Part shown: positions 16,688 through 25,238 of the stretch, in pieces | Layout: every line of letters begins with the position of its first letter | How positions within the stretch are numbered: the first letter of the stretch is position 1 | NCBI GenBank assembly: GCA_029861625.1 | Contig: JAOTZB010000002.1 | Location: forward strand, 1-47,661 | Source: Acidimicrobiia bacterium | GTDB taxonomy: Bacteria > Actinomycetota > Acidimicrobiia > Acidimicrobiales > JAHEJN01 | Length of the DNA stretch: 47,661 bases | Direction of reading: 5' to 3' | The notes under the pieces: model-generated | The model's database searches: none | The model's input: only the letters and a program-made list of their open reading frames with translations | What the model was told of the DNA's origin: nothing | Position numbers and translations under genes: made by a program

Positions 16688-17476
16688 ATGAGCGACGACG
16701 AAGGATCGATCACGACCGAGACCCGCGACCACCTGTTCCTCATCGGCATCGACCGACCGGCGAAGCTCAACGGCTTCACGCCACCGATGATGGAACAGCT
16801 GATCGATGCCTACACCCACCTCGACGAGTCGGACGATGCATGGGTCGGCGTCTTGTTCGCCCACGGCGACAACTTCACGGCCGGGCTCGATCTTCCCAAG
16901 TGGTCCGAGCGGATGAAGGGAGGCGAACGCCGCGAAGCCGATCGATCGCGCGTCGATCCCACTGCCCTGGGCCGAAGCTGCCGGAAGCCGATCGTCACGG
17001 CCGTCAAGGGCATCACCTACACGCTCGGGATCGAGCTCATGCTCGCGGGCGACATCGTGATCGCCGCCGACAACTGCCGGTTCTCCCAGCTCGAGCCGAA
17101 ACGCGGGATCCACGCCACCGGTGGCGCGACGATCCGGTTCGTCGAGAGAGGCGGCTGGGGCAACGCCATGTACCACCTTCTGACCAGCAACGAGTTCGAT
17201 GCAGCCGAAGCCCGACGCATCGGTCTCGTGCAAGAGGTCGTCCCCGCAGGAACCGAGCTCGACCGTGCCATCGAGCTGGCCGAGATCATCACCGAGGGTG
17301 CACCGATGGCCGTCCAGGCCACCAAGGCCTCGTCGTTGCGCTATCTGCTCGAGGGGCAGGAGGCTGCGACCGCGGCACTGGGCTCGGTGCAGGCCGAGCT
17401 GGCCGGCACCGACGACGCGGCCGAAGGCGTCGCGAGCTTCATCGAGAAACGTCCGCCGATATTCACCGGGAGATGA
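16688..17476 (+). CDS. enoyl-CoA hydratase/isomerase (crotonase) family protein
   Basis: Crotonase fold pattern: IDRPAKLNGF..., FTAGLDL, GITYTLGIELMLAGDIVIAA. Confidence 0.8.
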   Translation: MSDDEGSITTETRDHLFLIGIDRPAKLNGFTPPMMEQLIDAYTHLDESDDAWVGVLFAHGDNFTAGLDLPKWSERMKGGERREADRSRVDPTALGRSCRKPIVTAVKGITYTLGIELMLAGDIVIAADNCRFSQLEPKRGIHATGGATIRFVERGGWGNAMYHLLTSNEFDAAEARRIGLVQEVVPAGTELDRAIELAEIITEGAPMAVQATKASSLRYLLEGQEAATAALGSVQAELAGTDDAAEGVASFIEKRPPIFTGR

Positions 17477-17486
17477 CCGCCCGGCG

Positions 17487-18326
17487 TCACGCCGCCGTTG
17501 CGCGCTTGAACTTGCGGATCGACAGGGTGGAGAAAACCGCAATGATGCCGACCGACCACGCGAGCGACAGCCAGACGTCGTTGCCGACGGGCAGCCCGTT
17601 GTACAACGAGCGCGCCGCGTTGGTGACCACGGTGAAGGGATTCGCATCGGCGATGGGCTCGAGCCAGTCGGGCATGGTGGCCGGGTCGACGAACGCCGAC
17701 GAGACGAAGGTGAGCGGGAACATCCAGATGAACCCGGCCGAGTTCGCAGCCTCGACCGACTTGACCGACAACCCCATCAGCGCCTGCACCCAGCTGAGCG
17801 CGTAGCTGAACAACAACAGCAATAGCGTCGCGGCCCCGGCTTCGAGCATGGTTCCCTCGAACCTGAAGCCGATGGCCAGCGCCACGACCAACATCACGGA
17901 GAAGGTCAACATGTTGCGGCACAGATCGGAGATGGTGCGACCGACGACGACGGCGGACTGTGCCATCGGCAGTGATCTGAGCCGGTCGATGAGGCCCTTC
18001 TGGAGGTCTTCGGCCAACCCGACCCCGGTGAACGCCGAGCCGAACACCACGCTCTGGGCGAATATGCCCGGCAGCAGGTACTGGTTGTAGCTGTCGAATC
18101 CCGGCACCTCGATCGACCCGCCGAACACGTAGACGAAGAGGACCACGAACATGATCGGCTGCACGGTCGCGAATATCAGCAGCTCGATGTTGCGCGGGAT
18201 GATGCGGAGGTGGCGAAGTGCCTCGGTCCATGCGTCGCGGACGATCCAGACGGGTCCGGTCGGCACGGCGTGACGCGTTGACGTCGAACTAGTGGCGGCG
18301 GACACGGTCGTCGTGGTCGTACTCAC
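17487..18326 (-). CDS. ABC-2 type (DrrB-like) transporter permease
   Basis: About six hydrophobic helices with an ABC-2 signature region (YNQYLLPGIFAQSVVFGS). GTG 18326 overlaps the ATPase stop (GTGA). Confidence 0.8.
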   Translation of the reverse strand: MSTTTTTVSAATSSTSTRHAVPTGPVWIVRDAWTEALRHLRIIPRNIELLIFATVQPIMFVVLFVYVFGGSIEVPGFDSYNQYLLPGIFAQSVVFGSAFTGVGLAEDLQKGLIDRLRSLPMAQSAVVVGRTISDLCRNMLTFSVMLVVALAIGFRFEGTMLEAGAATLLLLLFSYALSWVQALMGLSVKSVEAANSAGFIWMFPLTFVSSAFVDPATMPDWLEPIADANPFTVVTNAARSLYNGLPVGNDVWLSLAWSVGIIAVFSTLSIRKFKRATAA

Positions 18327-19300
18327 TGCTCTCGCACCTCTTGGAGGTTCGGAGTCGGATCGGTATCGGTGACCTTGCCGGTCAGAGCGAGGAACACGTC
18401 ATCGAGAGTCGGGCGTCTCACCTCGACGTCGACCACGTCGACACCATTCTCGTCGAGTGCGCGGATGGCACCCGGTACGACCCCGCCCCCGGTGCGGATG
18501 GGCGCGGTCAGCGTCACCCGGCTCGGGGAGATGTCGATCGGACCGGTGGCCAGTGGGCTCAGGGCCGTCGTCGCCTTCTCGACGTTCTCGGCCCGCGCGA
18601 TGCTGACCCGGATCCGGTCGCCGCCGATCCGATCCTTGAGCTCGTCGGCCGTGCCCTCCGCGATGACCACACCTGCGTCGATCACCACGATGGTGTCGGC
18701 CAGGCGATCGGCTTCCTCCAGATACTGGGTGGTCAAGAGCGTGGTCGTGCCGTCGTGTTCGAGCTCTTCGATGAGATCCCACATGGCGAGCCGGCTCCGT
18801 GGGTCGAGGCCGGTGGTGGGTTCGTCGAGGAAGAGCACCGACGGGCGGGCGATGAGGCTCATGGCGATGTCGAGCCGTCGCCGCATGCCGCCCGAATACC
18901 CCTTCGCGATCCGGTCGGCCGCATCGACGAGATCGAATCGTTCGAGCAGCTCGGCCGCCCGGCGTCTGGCCTCGGGGACCGGCATGTGGAAATGACGACC
19001 GATGAGCACGAGGTTCTCGCGTCCGGTGAGCCGTTCCTCGACCGCCGCGTACTGCCCGGTCAGCCCGATTCGCGCCCGCACCTTCGCCGGCTCGGCCAGC
19101 ACGTCGATGCCATCGACGAACGCGGTGCCGCCATCGGGTTGCAGGAGCGTGGTCAGCACTCGCACGACTGTCGTCTTGCCGGCACCGTTCGGGCCGAGCA
19201 GCCCGACGACGCTGCCCTCCGGCACCACGAGGTCGACCCCCCGAAGAGCGTCGGTCGGCCCGAACGACTTCTTCAACGCGGTGGCTTCGACGGCGTGCAC
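18323..19300 (-). CDS. ABC transporter ATP-binding protein (DrrA-like)
   Basis: Walker A GPNGAGKTT, signature YSGGMRRRL and Walker B VLFLDEPTTGLD are present, together with the DrrA-type C-terminal extension. Confidence 0.9.
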   Translation of the reverse strand: MHAVEATALKKSFGPTDALRGVDLVVPEGSVVGLLGPNGAGKTTVVRVLTTLLQPDGGTAFVDGIDVLAEPAKVRARIGLTGQYAAVEERLTGRENLVLIGRHFHMPVPEARRRAAELLERFDLVDAADRIAKGYSGGMRRRLDIAMSLIARPSVLFLDEPTTGLDPRSRLAMWDLIEELEHDGTTTLLTTQYLEEADRLADTIVVIDAGVVIAEGTADELKDRIGGDRIRVSIARAENVEKATTALSPLATGPIDISPSRVTLTAPIRTGGGVVPGAIRALDENGVDVVDVEVRRPTLDDVFLALTGKVTDTDPTPNLQEVREQ

Positions 19301-19357
19301 CCACCCGACGCTACCGCTCCACGTGTCGTCATCACCGGCAATTCCCGGACCGTCCGG

Positions 19358-20599
19358 TCAGATACGGCCCGACGACTGCGCCTTCTTCACCGACGCCTCG
19401 ACCACCGGGATCTCGGCGTCGCGCAACGGTCGCATCCACTGCTTCCGGCCCAGCGCGGCCTCGATGTGGGGAGCGAGCTCGGCCGCCTTGGCCTCGGCTC
19501 GGGCACCGTCGCCGCGGTGGTAGTCGGCGAGAACCTCCTCGGCGAACAGCTCGAGCGACTCACAGATGTGATCGTGCCTGTTCCGGCCCGCCTGCTGGAG
19601 GAATATCACCTGATCGACGCCGGCTTCGACCATCCCGTCGAGGAAGCGCCGCGCGTCGTCGGGAGTGCCGATCGCGCTCGCGTACGCGTCGCCCGCCGCG
19701 AGCGCCCTCCGAATCAGCATCTCGGTCCGATTCCCCCGCGCCGCCTGGAACTCGCCCCACAGATCGGTGCGCCCGGGGGTCGTGTCGTCGGCGACGAGCG
19801 CGTTCATCGCGTATGCGAAGAAGTCGAACCCCTCGTGGCCACGACGGATCGCCTCGGTTCGGTCCTCGTGCAGCGAGAATCCCGAGACGAGCGCGATGTT
19901 CGCGTTGACGGTGTGACCGAGCGGCACGCACTCGTCGCTCTTGATGATGTCGTAGTAGATGTCGACCCACGCCCGAGCCTCCATCGGATCGACGAAGCTG
20001 AACGCCAGGGCTCCGAGCCCGTTTCGCGCCGCAACCTTGATCGTGTCGCGGTTCGTGCACGCGATCCACATCGGCGGATGGGGCTTCTGGTGGGGTTTCG
20101 GTACCACGTTGCGACACGGCATCGAGAAGAACTCGCCGTCGAATCCCGGATAGGGCTCGAGCACCATCATGTTGGCGATCTGCTCCGCCGATTCGAGGCT
20201 CATCGCCCGCTTGTGCTTCGCCGGGATGCCGAAGCCGCCCAGCTCCAGGCGGGTGGCGCCCTCACCGATGCCGAACTCGACGCGACCATTCGACACCAGA
20301 TCGAGCGTCGCGAGCGCTTCGGCGGTGCGAGCCGGATGGTTGTAGTTCGGGATGACATGCCGGACACCGTGGCCGAGCCGAATGCGCCGGGTCCTTGCTG
20401 CCGCGGCGGCGAGGAACACCTCGGGAGCCGACGAATGGGAGTACTCGTCGAGGAAGTGGTGTTCGACCTCCCACGCGAAGTCGTAGCCGAGCTCGTCGGC
20501 CAAGACCACCTGGTCGAGCGCCTCGTGGAGAATTCGTAGCTCGTCGTCGTCGGTCCACGGCCTAGGGAGCTGGTGTTCGTAGAACACGCCGAACTTCAT
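19358..20599 (-). CDS. LLM-class (luciferase-like) flavin-dependent oxidoreductase
   Basis: The MKFGVFYEHQLPRPW... N-terminus and the overall pattern are typical of luciferase-like monooxygenases. ATG 20599 has a GGGGAG Shine-Dalgarno. Confidence 0.8.
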   Translation of the reverse strand: MKFGVFYEHQLPRPWTDDDELRILHEALDQVVLADELGYDFAWEVEHHFLDEYSHSSAPEVFLAAAAARTRRIRLGHGVRHVIPNYNHPARTAEALATLDLVSNGRVEFGIGEGATRLELGGFGIPAKHKRAMSLESAEQIANMMVLEPYPGFDGEFFSMPCRNVVPKPHQKPHPPMWIACTNRDTIKVAARNGLGALAFSFVDPMEARAWVDIYYDIIKSDECVPLGHTVNANIALVSGFSLHEDRTEAIRRGHEGFDFFAYAMNALVADDTTPGRTDLWGEFQAARGNRTEMLIRRALAAGDAYASAIGTPDDARRFLDGMVEAGVDQVIFLQQAGRNRHDHICESLELFAEEVLADYHRGDGARAEAKAAELAPHIEAALGRKQWMRPLRDAEIPVVEASVKKAQSSGRI

Positions 20600-20723
20600 C
20601 GGTGGGCTGGCTCCCCGGGGTCGTCGTCTGATGTTGGCGGTGGCGCGGTACGCGGCGCGAGTGCGCAAGATACCCGACGACCGACGCGGTCACGAAGGCC
20701 GTCCGGGCGAGGCTCGACGCGCC

Positions 20724-20751
20724 GATGGACCCGCCCGTCGGCGGGTCCATC
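20724..20751 (-). terminator. perfect 12-bp-stem hairpin downstream of the surface-protein gene
   Basis: GATGGACCCGCC-cgtc-GGCGGGTCCATC lies 28 nt after stop 20779 and has no U-tract. Confidence 0.55.
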
Positions 20752-20778
20752 GCGAGCGGCGGCGTCGAACGGGTCCGA

Positions 20779-21894
20779 TCAGCGCTCCTCTCGGCGGAAC
20801 AGGGCGAGACCGCCGAAGACCAGGGCGCCGGTGACCAACGCGACGGCCATTGCCACGGTCGGCGTGTCGTCGGCCGACCCGACGGTGGCCGCCACAGTGC
20901 CGGTGCGTGCGGTGCCGGGCGGAGTCGTCGCCTGGGTGTCGGACGCTTCTCCCCTGCCACCGACGCCGGCGTCGGCTGCCGCCGAGTCGAGTGCGGGCCG
21001 CTCCGAGTCGTCCTCGGTGCTGTCCGTCTCCGCCACCGGTGTGGCATCGGGCGACGACTCGACGCGACCGTCGGGCTCGGTTGGCGCCGGAGCCGGGGCA
21101 GGCGTCGGCACCGGTGACGGGACATTCGGAGCCGGTGTCGGCGTCGTCGACGCCGATGGGCCCGGGGGAGTCGTGGTCGTCGTCTGGGGGGCCGGAGCAG
21201 GAGCCGGGGCCGGAGCAGGAGCCGGGGCCGGAGCAGGAGCCGGGGCCGGGGCCGCAACCACCAGGTCGTCGCTCACGTAGGTCCCGAGGTCACCCAGGGA
21301 ATCGATGGGATGAGCACCGGCGGGCATCATCGAATCGACCAGGATCGTCGTCGACCAGTAGCCGGTGGCGTCCGCCACCGCCGTGCCGACCGTCAGCCCG
21401 CCGAACTCGACGGTCACGAGCTCGCCGGGAAGGAACTCCCAGCCCTGCCCGCGGGTCTGTCCGCCGGGTGCGACTGGTTCGTCGAACCACACGTGCGGCA
21501 TCAACGCGACGGTGGGAGCAGCACGGACCGTGAGGTGGGTGGTGGCCCACGAGCCGACGTCACCGTTCGCATCGAGGGGATGCGCGCCAGCGGGCATCAG
21601 CGGGTCGATGGTGCCGGTGATCCAGACGTCACCCGACCCATCGGCGACGGCGACGCCGACGACCGAGCCGCCGAACTCGACCGTGACCAGCTCGCCGGGC
21701 TGGAACCCGGCACCGGAGATGTCGACGACGCCCCCTGCATCGACGGGATCGGGCATGGCGACCACCGACGGCGAGGTCTGGGCGGAGGCGGGCTGTATCG
21801 ACAACCCGACGATTGAGACGATGGTGACGATCAGCAGCGCCAGACCACTGGCGACAACACTCCGGTGACGGGACGACTCGATACTCGTGGACAT
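20779..21894 (-). CDS. cell-surface protein with two Ig-like repeats, an (AP)n/Thr-Pro linker and a C-terminal TM anchor
   Basis: AAGGGAG Shine-Dalgarno precedes ATG 21894. The signal peptide ends ..PASAQT. Two repeats of about 90 aa share PGELVTVEFGG..VG.AVAD..G....T....MPAGAHP.D. A run of alternating Ala-Pro follows. The C-terminus is a hydrophobic helix plus RREER, with no LPXTG. Confidence 0.7.
   Translation of the reverse strand: MSTSIESSRHRSVVASGLALLIVTIVSIVGLSIQPASAQTSPSVVAMPDPVDAGGVVDISGAGFQPGELVTVEFGGSVVGVAVADGSGDVWITGTIDPLMPAGAHPLDANGDVGSWATTHLTVRAAPTVALMPHVWFDEPVAPGGQTRGQGWEFLPGELVTVEFGGLTVGTAVADATGYWSTTILVDSMMPAGAHPIDSLGDLGTYVSDDLVVAAPAPAPAPAPAPAPAPAPAPAPQTTTTTPPGPSASTTPTPAPNVPSPVPTPAPAPAPTEPDGRVESSPDATPVAETDSTEDDSERPALDSAAADAGVGGRGEASDTQATTPPGTARTGTVAATVGSADDTPTVAMAVALVTGALVFGGLALFRREER
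21191..21244 (-). repeat. perfect 18-bp x 3 tandem repeat encoding the (AP)n linker
   Basis: On the plus strand, GCCGGAGCAGGAGCCGGG occurs three times, followed by a partial unit. Confidence 0.9.
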
Positions 21895-21956
21895 GATCAG
21901 CTCCCTTCGGATGCCGATCCGGTTGATCGGCAACGCTGGAGCGACCATCCGTCGCC

Positions 21957-21978
21957 GCTGTGAAACCGGCGTGAAAGG
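21957..21978 (-). promoter_or_regulatory. 2 x 11-bp direct repeat (site C): CCTTTCACGCC/GGTTTCACAGC in gene orientation
   Basis: On the plus strand this reads GCTGTGAAACC GGCGTGAAAGG. It ends 62 nt upstream of ATG 21894 and sits 7 nt after the lipoprotein stop. It has the same TTTCAC core and 11-bp phasing as sites A and B. Confidence 0.4.
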
Positions 21979-21984
21979 CGCGAG

Positions 21985-22662
21985 TCAGCCGACGCTGAGC
22001 AGGAACAGGCCGGGCTCGTTCCGATCGGCGTCCTCGCGGAAGAAGAGGACCAGATCTTGTTGGCCGTCGCCATCGGCAACGCCCTCGAACCGGAGCCGGA
22101 GCTGAAGCCGGCTCCCGCCCTCGGCGGCTACCGTCGCGGCTGCGTCCGCGACATCACATCGGAGTCCGACGTCACCCTCTCGTTCGCACACGACCGGCTC
22201 GCCGAGCGCGGGTGTGTCGAAGATCTGGGGCCCGAACTCGTCGTACGCGACGCGATCGACGAGCAGGGCGCCGAGATCCGCGAAGGGCGAGCCTCGTGTC
22301 TGCATGACGTCGCTGGTCAGCGCGGCGGTGGTGACGTCGGGGAGCGGCTCGGGCAGCTCGAACGTCAAGAACAGCTGCACGCCGTCGTCGTCGGGGAACG
22401 ACGGGTTCAGGTCGTCGCCGGCGAACAACCCGGTTCCGCTGCCGGCGAACCCTCTCGGGGTGTGTCCCTCGAGGGAACCGCCCTCGTTGACGACCTCGAT
22501 CCCCGCGGTGTCATCGAAAATGACACGTGGCGCCACGCTCTGGTCGACGCCGTCGTCGGCCGACGAACAGCCCGCGAGGATCAGGACGGCGACCACGGCG
22601 ACACGCACCGACCGAGAACGCCGGTGCCGGCGGGTGACTTCCCGAACGACCCCGCCGCTCAC
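21985..22662 (-). CDS. lipoprotein of unknown function (beta-rich)
   Basis: GTG 22662 overlaps the stop of the upstream 838-aa gene (GTGA). The basic N-terminus and VAVLILAGCSS form a good lipobox. The mature part is acidic and beta-rich and ends ..LQLRLRFEG....LVLFFREDADRNEPGLFLLSVG. The 380-aa ORF extension is an off-frame shadow. Confidence 0.65.
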   Translation of the reverse strand: MSGGVVREVTRRHRRSRSVRVAVVAVLILAGCSSADDGVDQSVAPRVIFDDTAGIEVVNEGGSLEGHTPRGFAGSGTGLFAGDDLNPSFPDDDGVQLFLTFELPEPLPDVTTAALTSDVMQTRGSPFADLGALLVDRVAYDEFGPQIFDTPALGEPVVCEREGDVGLRCDVADAAATVAAEGGSRLQLRLRFEGVADGDGQQDLVLFFREDADRNEPGLFLLSVG

Positions 22663-25175
22663 GCGCCGTCGGACCTCAGCTCGTCGCGGGCGGTGAGAAT
22701 CCGGTGGAGCGTCTCGTACTCGTGGAGTCCGCGGATCGACTCGAGATCGGGGTCGACCGACATCCAGCCGACCGAGATCAGGTCGCCGTCCCGTGCTGCA
22801 CTCGCGTCCTCCAGGCGGGACACCGCCTGGCGTGCGCTGGCGGTGTTCAGCTCGTGTTGATACCAGAGGGCCAAGAAGCACGCAGCGTTGTAGCTGACGA
22901 GCGCGTCCTCGTGGTTCGAGTCGGCACGGTCTGTCACCTGCTGGGCGAGCTCGGGGATCTCCTCGGCGTTGCCGGTGGCAATCGCCTGGCGCAACGCGAC
23001 GATGGCAAGGAGCGATCGGATGCCGATCCGCTGGGCAACCCGCCGTTTCCGGTTGCGAACGAGGCCCATCCAGTGGGCTCGCTCGCTCGGCTCCGCCAGT
23101 GCGTACCAGGCCGCGACGGGGAGCCACGTCATCCTCTTCAGCCGACGCAGCTCGCGTCGCGCGATCTTGCGGTGGATCCGCGCCAACCTGTCGACTCTCG
23201 TGTCCTCGGCGGCGAGACGATCGTGGTCGGACTGGTTGACGAGCTTGGCCCGAAGGAGGAGCTTCGCGAGGCGACGACGGGTCTCCGGTGCGTCCGACAG
23301 CTCGGAGGACTCGGGGTCATCCGCCGACGTGCGGGCCATCGGTTCCTCGGACGGCCAGTGCGCGGAGGGATCCTGCGAGATCATCGACGCGACGGCAGCC
23401 AGTCGGTACCCGGCGACGGTGAATCGAGGATGATCGGTCCGAGCGACCACCAGATGTTCGAGCGCCTGGGCGAGTCGCAGGTCGAGGGTGTAGATCGACG
23501 CCAGGGCCGCGTGAGCGAGTCCCGACCGCGGGTTGAACCCGATGGCGCGGTGCAACAGGCGCTCTCGTTCCTCGGGGGTCAGTCGGTCGCGTTCGGTGCG
23601 GTCGTCGAGCGCGACCTGCTGGAACGCGCCGATGTCGGCGCCGTACTCCGACTGCCACGTCGCCCAGGACGGCACGAGATCGCTGCGGGCGAGCACGAGC
23701 CGGGCCACCCAGTGGCCGGACTGTTCGGCCAGCTGCTCGAGGTCGGGTCCATCGACCGCGTTGAGGTCGACCAGACGCTTCGTGCGCAGCTCGGTGACCC
23801 GAACCGTGAGGCGGTACCACTGCTGGAGCCGATTCTGTGCAACCCGGTGGACCGAACCCGGCCGCTCACGTTCAGCGGTCGGAGACGGCGTTGTGATCGG
23901 CTCGAGGACCGGCGTCACCTGGTAGCCGCGCTGCGGAAAGGCTGTGCCCTGCAGGAGACCGACGGCCCACCGAAGGCTCGCACTGGCCGGTGAACCCTCG
24001 TCCTGCAACATCTCCGCCACGGCATGGGTCGCCTCGCCCCCCGGAACCGCGGCCGGCTCGCGCAGCTCGGCGAGTCCGAGCCACATCCGGATGCGTTCGC
24101 CCGCGAGCTTTGCCTCCTCCTCGAGCGCGGCGCTCGGCGACTCGCCCGGTGCCACGATGGCAGGCCCGACATCGCGCCGCGCGTTCACGATTTCGAGCTG
24201 GCGATAGGCAACGACGAGCAACACCACCAGGACAGCCCACCCCCAACCGCCGACCCGGGCGGTGACGTCGTCACCCATGAGCGGGTTCGCCAGGTCGCCG
24301 ACGACCGCATCGGCCCCATCGATGGCCAACCGGTGGACGGCGACAGCCTCTTGGAGGGCGTCGAGCTCGACATCGATGTCGGCACGGAGATTGGCGAGCG
24401 CCTCCTGGCGAGCATCCTCGGTGGCGATCACCTCGGCCACTACCAGCTCGGCCCGCTGGGTCTCGAGCAGGCGGCGCAGCGCCGTGCGGGGCTCGCACTG
24501 CGGGTCGACGGGCCGCTTCCGTTTCAGTTTCAGCACGATGTCGCGGTCACAGCCCAGAACGAGCCCGTCCGCGGCCGACAGCGCCTCCTCGAACGCTTCG
24601 ACCGCGAGGAATCCGGCCGGTTGGGCGTTGCCAGCGGCTTCGGCCGAGGAGTCGACCGGCTCGCCCGGATCCGACGGTGTGTCACCACCGGCGACAGCCG
24701 TGGCGGCGTCCTCGGCCAGATCGGCAGCGGCATCGGCGCCTTCCCGTGCCTCGTCGAGCTCGGCCGCGCCGGACGCCTCACCGGCGACATCGAGCGCCTC
24801 CTGCGCCGCCGCCGCGGCCGAGCGCGCCTGCTCGACGGCGTTCGCGGCTGCCTCCAGCTCGACCAGGGTCTTCTGGTCCTCGAGGATGATCTCGCGCCGT
24901 TCGAGGTATCGCTCGGCGTCATCGTCTTTGCGCTGTTCCTCGCCGGTCCACATCATGAACAAGACGATCACGAGCGCAGCGCCGACCGCCGAGATCCGCA
25001 GGACCGTCGGGCCGAACCAGCGGGCGATCGCCCACAACAAGGCCGTCAGCGCAACGAGCGTGCCGAGCCGTAGGAGCGTTTGGGGCCCGGCATCCTCGTT
25101 GTTGCCGGCGAACGCAGCGGCGAAGGCCGCGCCGGAGATGGCCAACGGCCAGCCCACAACCCGCATCCAGAGCAC
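22659..25175 (-). CDS. large (838 aa) polytopic membrane protein with an acidic coiled-coil segment and a TPR-like C-terminus, function unknown
   Basis: Hydrophobic helices lie at about aa 7-24, 34-54, 60-76 and 309-325. Residues 80-300 are Ala/Glu/Asp-rich and heptad-like. The C-terminal 300 aa are helical repeats ending in a TPR-type cap (SYNAACFLALWY...DPDLESIRGLHEYETL). The start is GTG 25175 or ATG 25166. Confidence 0.7.
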   Translation of the reverse strand: MLWMRVVGWPLAISGAAFAAAFAGNNEDAGPQTLLRLGTLVALTALLWAIARWFGPTVLRISAVGAALVIVLFMMWTGEEQRKDDDAERYLERREIILEDQKTLVELEAAANAVEQARSAAAAAQEALDVAGEASGAAELDEAREGADAAADLAEDAATAVAGGDTPSDPGEPVDSSAEAAGNAQPAGFLAVEAFEEALSAADGLVLGCDRDIVLKLKRKRPVDPQCEPRTALRRLLETQRAELVVAEVIATEDARQEALANLRADIDVELDALQEAVAVHRLAIDGADAVVGDLANPLMGDDVTARVGGWGWAVLVVLLVVAYRQLEIVNARRDVGPAIVAPGESPSAALEEEAKLAGERIRMWLGLAELREPAAVPGGEATHAVAEMLQDEGSPASASLRWAVGLLQGTAFPQRGYQVTPVLEPITTPSPTAERERPGSVHRVAQNRLQQWYRLTVRVTELRTKRLVDLNAVDGPDLEQLAEQSGHWVARLVLARSDLVPSWATWQSEYGADIGAFQQVALDDRTERDRLTPEERERLLHRAIGFNPRSGLAHAALASIYTLDLRLAQALEHLVVARTDHPRFTVAGYRLAAVASMISQDPSAHWPSEEPMARTSADDPESSELSDAPETRRRLAKLLLRAKLVNQSDHDRLAAEDTRVDRLARIHRKIARRELRRLKRMTWLPVAAWYALAEPSERAHWMGLVRNRKRRVAQRIGIRSLLAIVALRQAIATGNAEEIPELAQQVTDRADSNHEDALVSYNAACFLALWYQHELNTASARQAVSRLEDASAARDGDLISVGWMSVDPDLESIRGLHEYETLHRILTARDELRSDGA

Positions 25176-25238
25176 TTCGCCCGACGATAGGCGAGACCTT
25201 GCAGCCGTGCCGCAGTAGGCGCCCCGCGATGGACGGCG

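Noticed and set aside
18341-20539. 732-aa ORF on the plus strand
   Set aside because: It is antisense to the well-supported ABC ATPase and LLM oxidoreductase genes. It has no motifs and a shadow-frame composition.
22663-23127. N-terminal extension of the lipoprotein ORF (21985..23127)
   Set aside because: It overlaps the 3' end of the 838-aa gene out of frame and is Arg/Pro-rich. GTG 22662 gives a canonical lipoprotein signal peptide and a GTGA coupling.
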